Positions 61,999 through 64,000 of a DNA stretch of 64,000 nucleotides are shown here, in pieces. The stretch comes from Microbotryum violaceum. Its lineage: Eukaryota. Below the pieces are notes generated by a model that was not told where the DNA came from, did no database searches, and saw only the letters and a program-made list of their open reading frames with translations. The translations under genes and the position numbers were made by a program. Location: the NCBI GenBank assembly GCA_001244265.2, contig CDLV01000012.1, positions 1,302,001 to 1,366,000 on the forward strand, in the 5' to 3' direction. The stretch's first letter is position 1, and every line of letters begins with the position of its first letter.

Positions 61999-62829
61999 GG
62001 CGGCTTCCCTAACCCTCAAGCTGCACGCCCTCGGCTCGAGCCGCTGCGGTGCTATGATACCCGGCGCTCACAAATACGAACGGTAATATTTTTGTCCGGG
62101 CTCCAGTCTTGATGCTGTCTATCTCGAGAATCCGAGCTTATTTGGGGGCTGCTAGGAGAACCGGGTGCAGCCGTCCTCCACAGACGCTGGGCAGCATCAA
62201 GTTTGGTAATGCACGTAAAATCTCGGTCAGTGAACTCGCAATACTCAGCATGAGAGACAAGAGGCACGCACCGAGAACCTCCGGTCAGTGACCTGGCGGA
62301 AGCCTAGAGAGGTTTTAGGCGCGCTTCAACGTGATGGTTGAAAAGTCTTGCTCACGAGTCATTGATTCTGTACACTTGCAATACAAATAAGCCTTACACC
62401 GTGAGTTACATGTCTCTCTTGTTAGAGTCATTTTGAGTCTTTCTCAGATGCAATAACTTCTACAACAGCTTGTCGAGCTGATTAGAGTCGACCTCTCGGC
62501 TACAGCACGGATCCCTTTACGAGTGATTGCGTGGTCAGTTTTATGTCTGGTAAAGGAGAAAGTAGTGGCTACCTCCTTTAGTGTCGACGGCCAGAGGCGC
62601 GTGACGCTGTGGTCAAATACCAAGTATTCCACTTGAGGGAGCGCTTGCGCAGCTAGAAGTCCGCTTGCAGCAGGACTAGTCCGAAAACCCTAACCGTCCG
62701 CATAGCCCTGTAGCTCAAAAAGGTGACAACCGGTCGATCAACGATGAAGACTACCATTTTTGGCAGCGAGGAATGGACAAAATGCATACTGAATTGCAGC
62801 GAGGAAAGAGAGACCCAGAAAAGGAGGAC

Positions 62830-64000
62830 CTATCGCCTCCCTCCTCGGCCACCACCGCCACCACCACCTCGGCCACCTCGCCCGCCACTGAACCCACCGC
62901 TGCGGCTTCCTCCTCCTCCCCCACTCGAAGCTCCACCCCGTCCCTTCTTGCCAGGCTGCGTCGACCGACGGACCCGCTTCTCCTTCTCAACGCGTTCCTT
63001 ACGAATCTCGTCCGCGGTCTTCAGCCCTCCAGGCGCTCCACCCAGGCGACCGGGTTTGCCGACCGTCCGGCCCTTGCGTTTGTCGGTCGCGCGGTCGGTC
63101 TTCGGTACCCCAGCCTTGTGGCGATACTTCTTCTCGCCACCGGGGGCAATCGTCGTCTTGCCCTGTAGCTCCGCCTCCCCGACCTTGGGGACCGAAATCC
63201 GCTGCTTGCGCTTCCATTCGTCAAAGACGCCGGACTTGAAGGACGCCGGCAACTTTTGGCCCGATTCGGAGCGCACGAGCTTCTTGTTGTCCGCACCGAC
63301 GCCGTCGCCGCGAACAAATTTCTTGGTTCGTCGATCCCAGCGGAGTGCCGAGGCGCGTTGTAACGTCGCGTCGGCGGGGGTCCCTTCGGTATCGCCGCGT
63401 CCCGACACATCGTACTGCGACTGCGCGGCCTGGGCAACGAACGACTCGCCGTTCGTCAATGAGTAGCCCCGCTCGGTGTCGGCCCCTTCTTGCTCGTACC
63501 CGAGGTAGAAATTGGGGTCACGGTAGGTCGCACCCGCCCCTCTCTGAGGCTTGCGTTTCCGCGGTGCACCAAAGACTTGCGCCAACTCTTCTTCGTCGGC
63601 ATCATCCATCTCGACCGCGACCCGTTTCGCAGGGTGTGCTCCACCCTCCTCCTCCTCCTCCTCCGCGGGCATCTCGACTCGATCCTCTTCATCCCGCTCT
63701 TCCCCATCTTCCTCGGGCAAGGCCCGCGCTCGCTCAGATTTGAGCATCGCCTTCCGACGATCTTTCATCAGTTGCGAAGCGACCGTCTTGCCTCTCGTGC
63801 CGACCTCAAAGACCGTCTCATTTGGTCGGAACAGGTTGACTTTGGCCAAGAGTTCGGCGCGACTCTGCTCGTCCTTGACGTTCGTCCCGGAGATGGTGAG
63901 GTAGTCTCCAAAGATGGGGTGCACCGAGGCATGTTCACCCGAGGTTGTCGCCAGACCGTAGCCTTTGCGTTCCAGGTCCTTGGCGCGGCGGTACGACTCG
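62830..64000 (-). CDS. DBP10: DEAD-box RNA helicase DBP10, C-terminal part (5' end outside the window)
   Basis: FRPNETVFEVG, YRDPNFYL, LRWDRRTKKFV...KKLVRSESGQKLPASFKSGVFDEWK (DBP10CT), LKTADEIRKER and an RGG tail. Confidence 0.93.
   Translation of the reverse strand, partial: ESYRRAKDLERKGYGLATTSGEHASVHPIFGDYLTISGTNVKDEQSRAELLAKVNLFRPNETVFEVGTRGKTVASQLMKDRRKAMLKSERARALPEEDGEERDEEDRVEMPAEEEEEEGGAHPAKRVAVEMDDADEEELAQVFGAPRKRKPQRGAGATYRDPNFYLGYEQEGADTERGYSLTNGESFVAQAAQSQYDVSGRGDTEGTPADATLQRASALRWDRRTKKFVRGDGVGADNKKLVRSESGQKLPASFKSGVFDEWKRKQRISVPKVGEAELQGKTTIAPGGEKKYRHKAGVPKTDRATDKRKGRTVGKPGRLGGAPGGLKTADEIRKERVEKEKRVRRSTQPGKKGRGGASSGGGGGSRSGGFSGGRGGRGGGGGGGRGGRR

Noticed and set aside
62007-62016. 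CCCTAACCCT next to the array end (also CCCTAACC at ~62688), suggesting telomere-repeat targeting or a chromosome fusion scar
   Set aside because: Fewer than two repeat units and none at the internal junctions, so compatible with chance.

Overview
This is fungal DNA: GC-rich, with many short GT-AG introns, most consistent with a basidiomycete (probably a Microbotryomycetes-type yeast; the taxon is inferred). Positions 1-31.7 kb hold spliced genes: a SAM-methyltransferase-fold protein, TIM17, ornithine decarboxylase antizyme with a reconstructable +1 frameshift, mitochondrial PheRS, an ERT1/AcuK-type Zn2Cys6 factor, YIP3, BCS1, FYV7-like, ALG13, a low-complexity protein, cytosolic IleRS and THO1-like. 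A 2.07-kb TIR element with an 8-bp target duplication (TSD) lies between FYV7 and ALG13. Positions 31.7-62.8 kb carry no recognisable host protein gene. They contain decayed repeats, a long hairpin, a solo LTR, a gag-only Copia element and one tRNA-Arg(UCG). Starting 95 bp upstream of that tRNA is a ~23-kb head-to-tail array of eight poly(A)-tailed L1/Tx1-like LINE units from three families, one interrupted by an intact young Copia element. The window ends in the 3' part of DBP10. Exon boundaries and identities were read by eye, and no searches were run.
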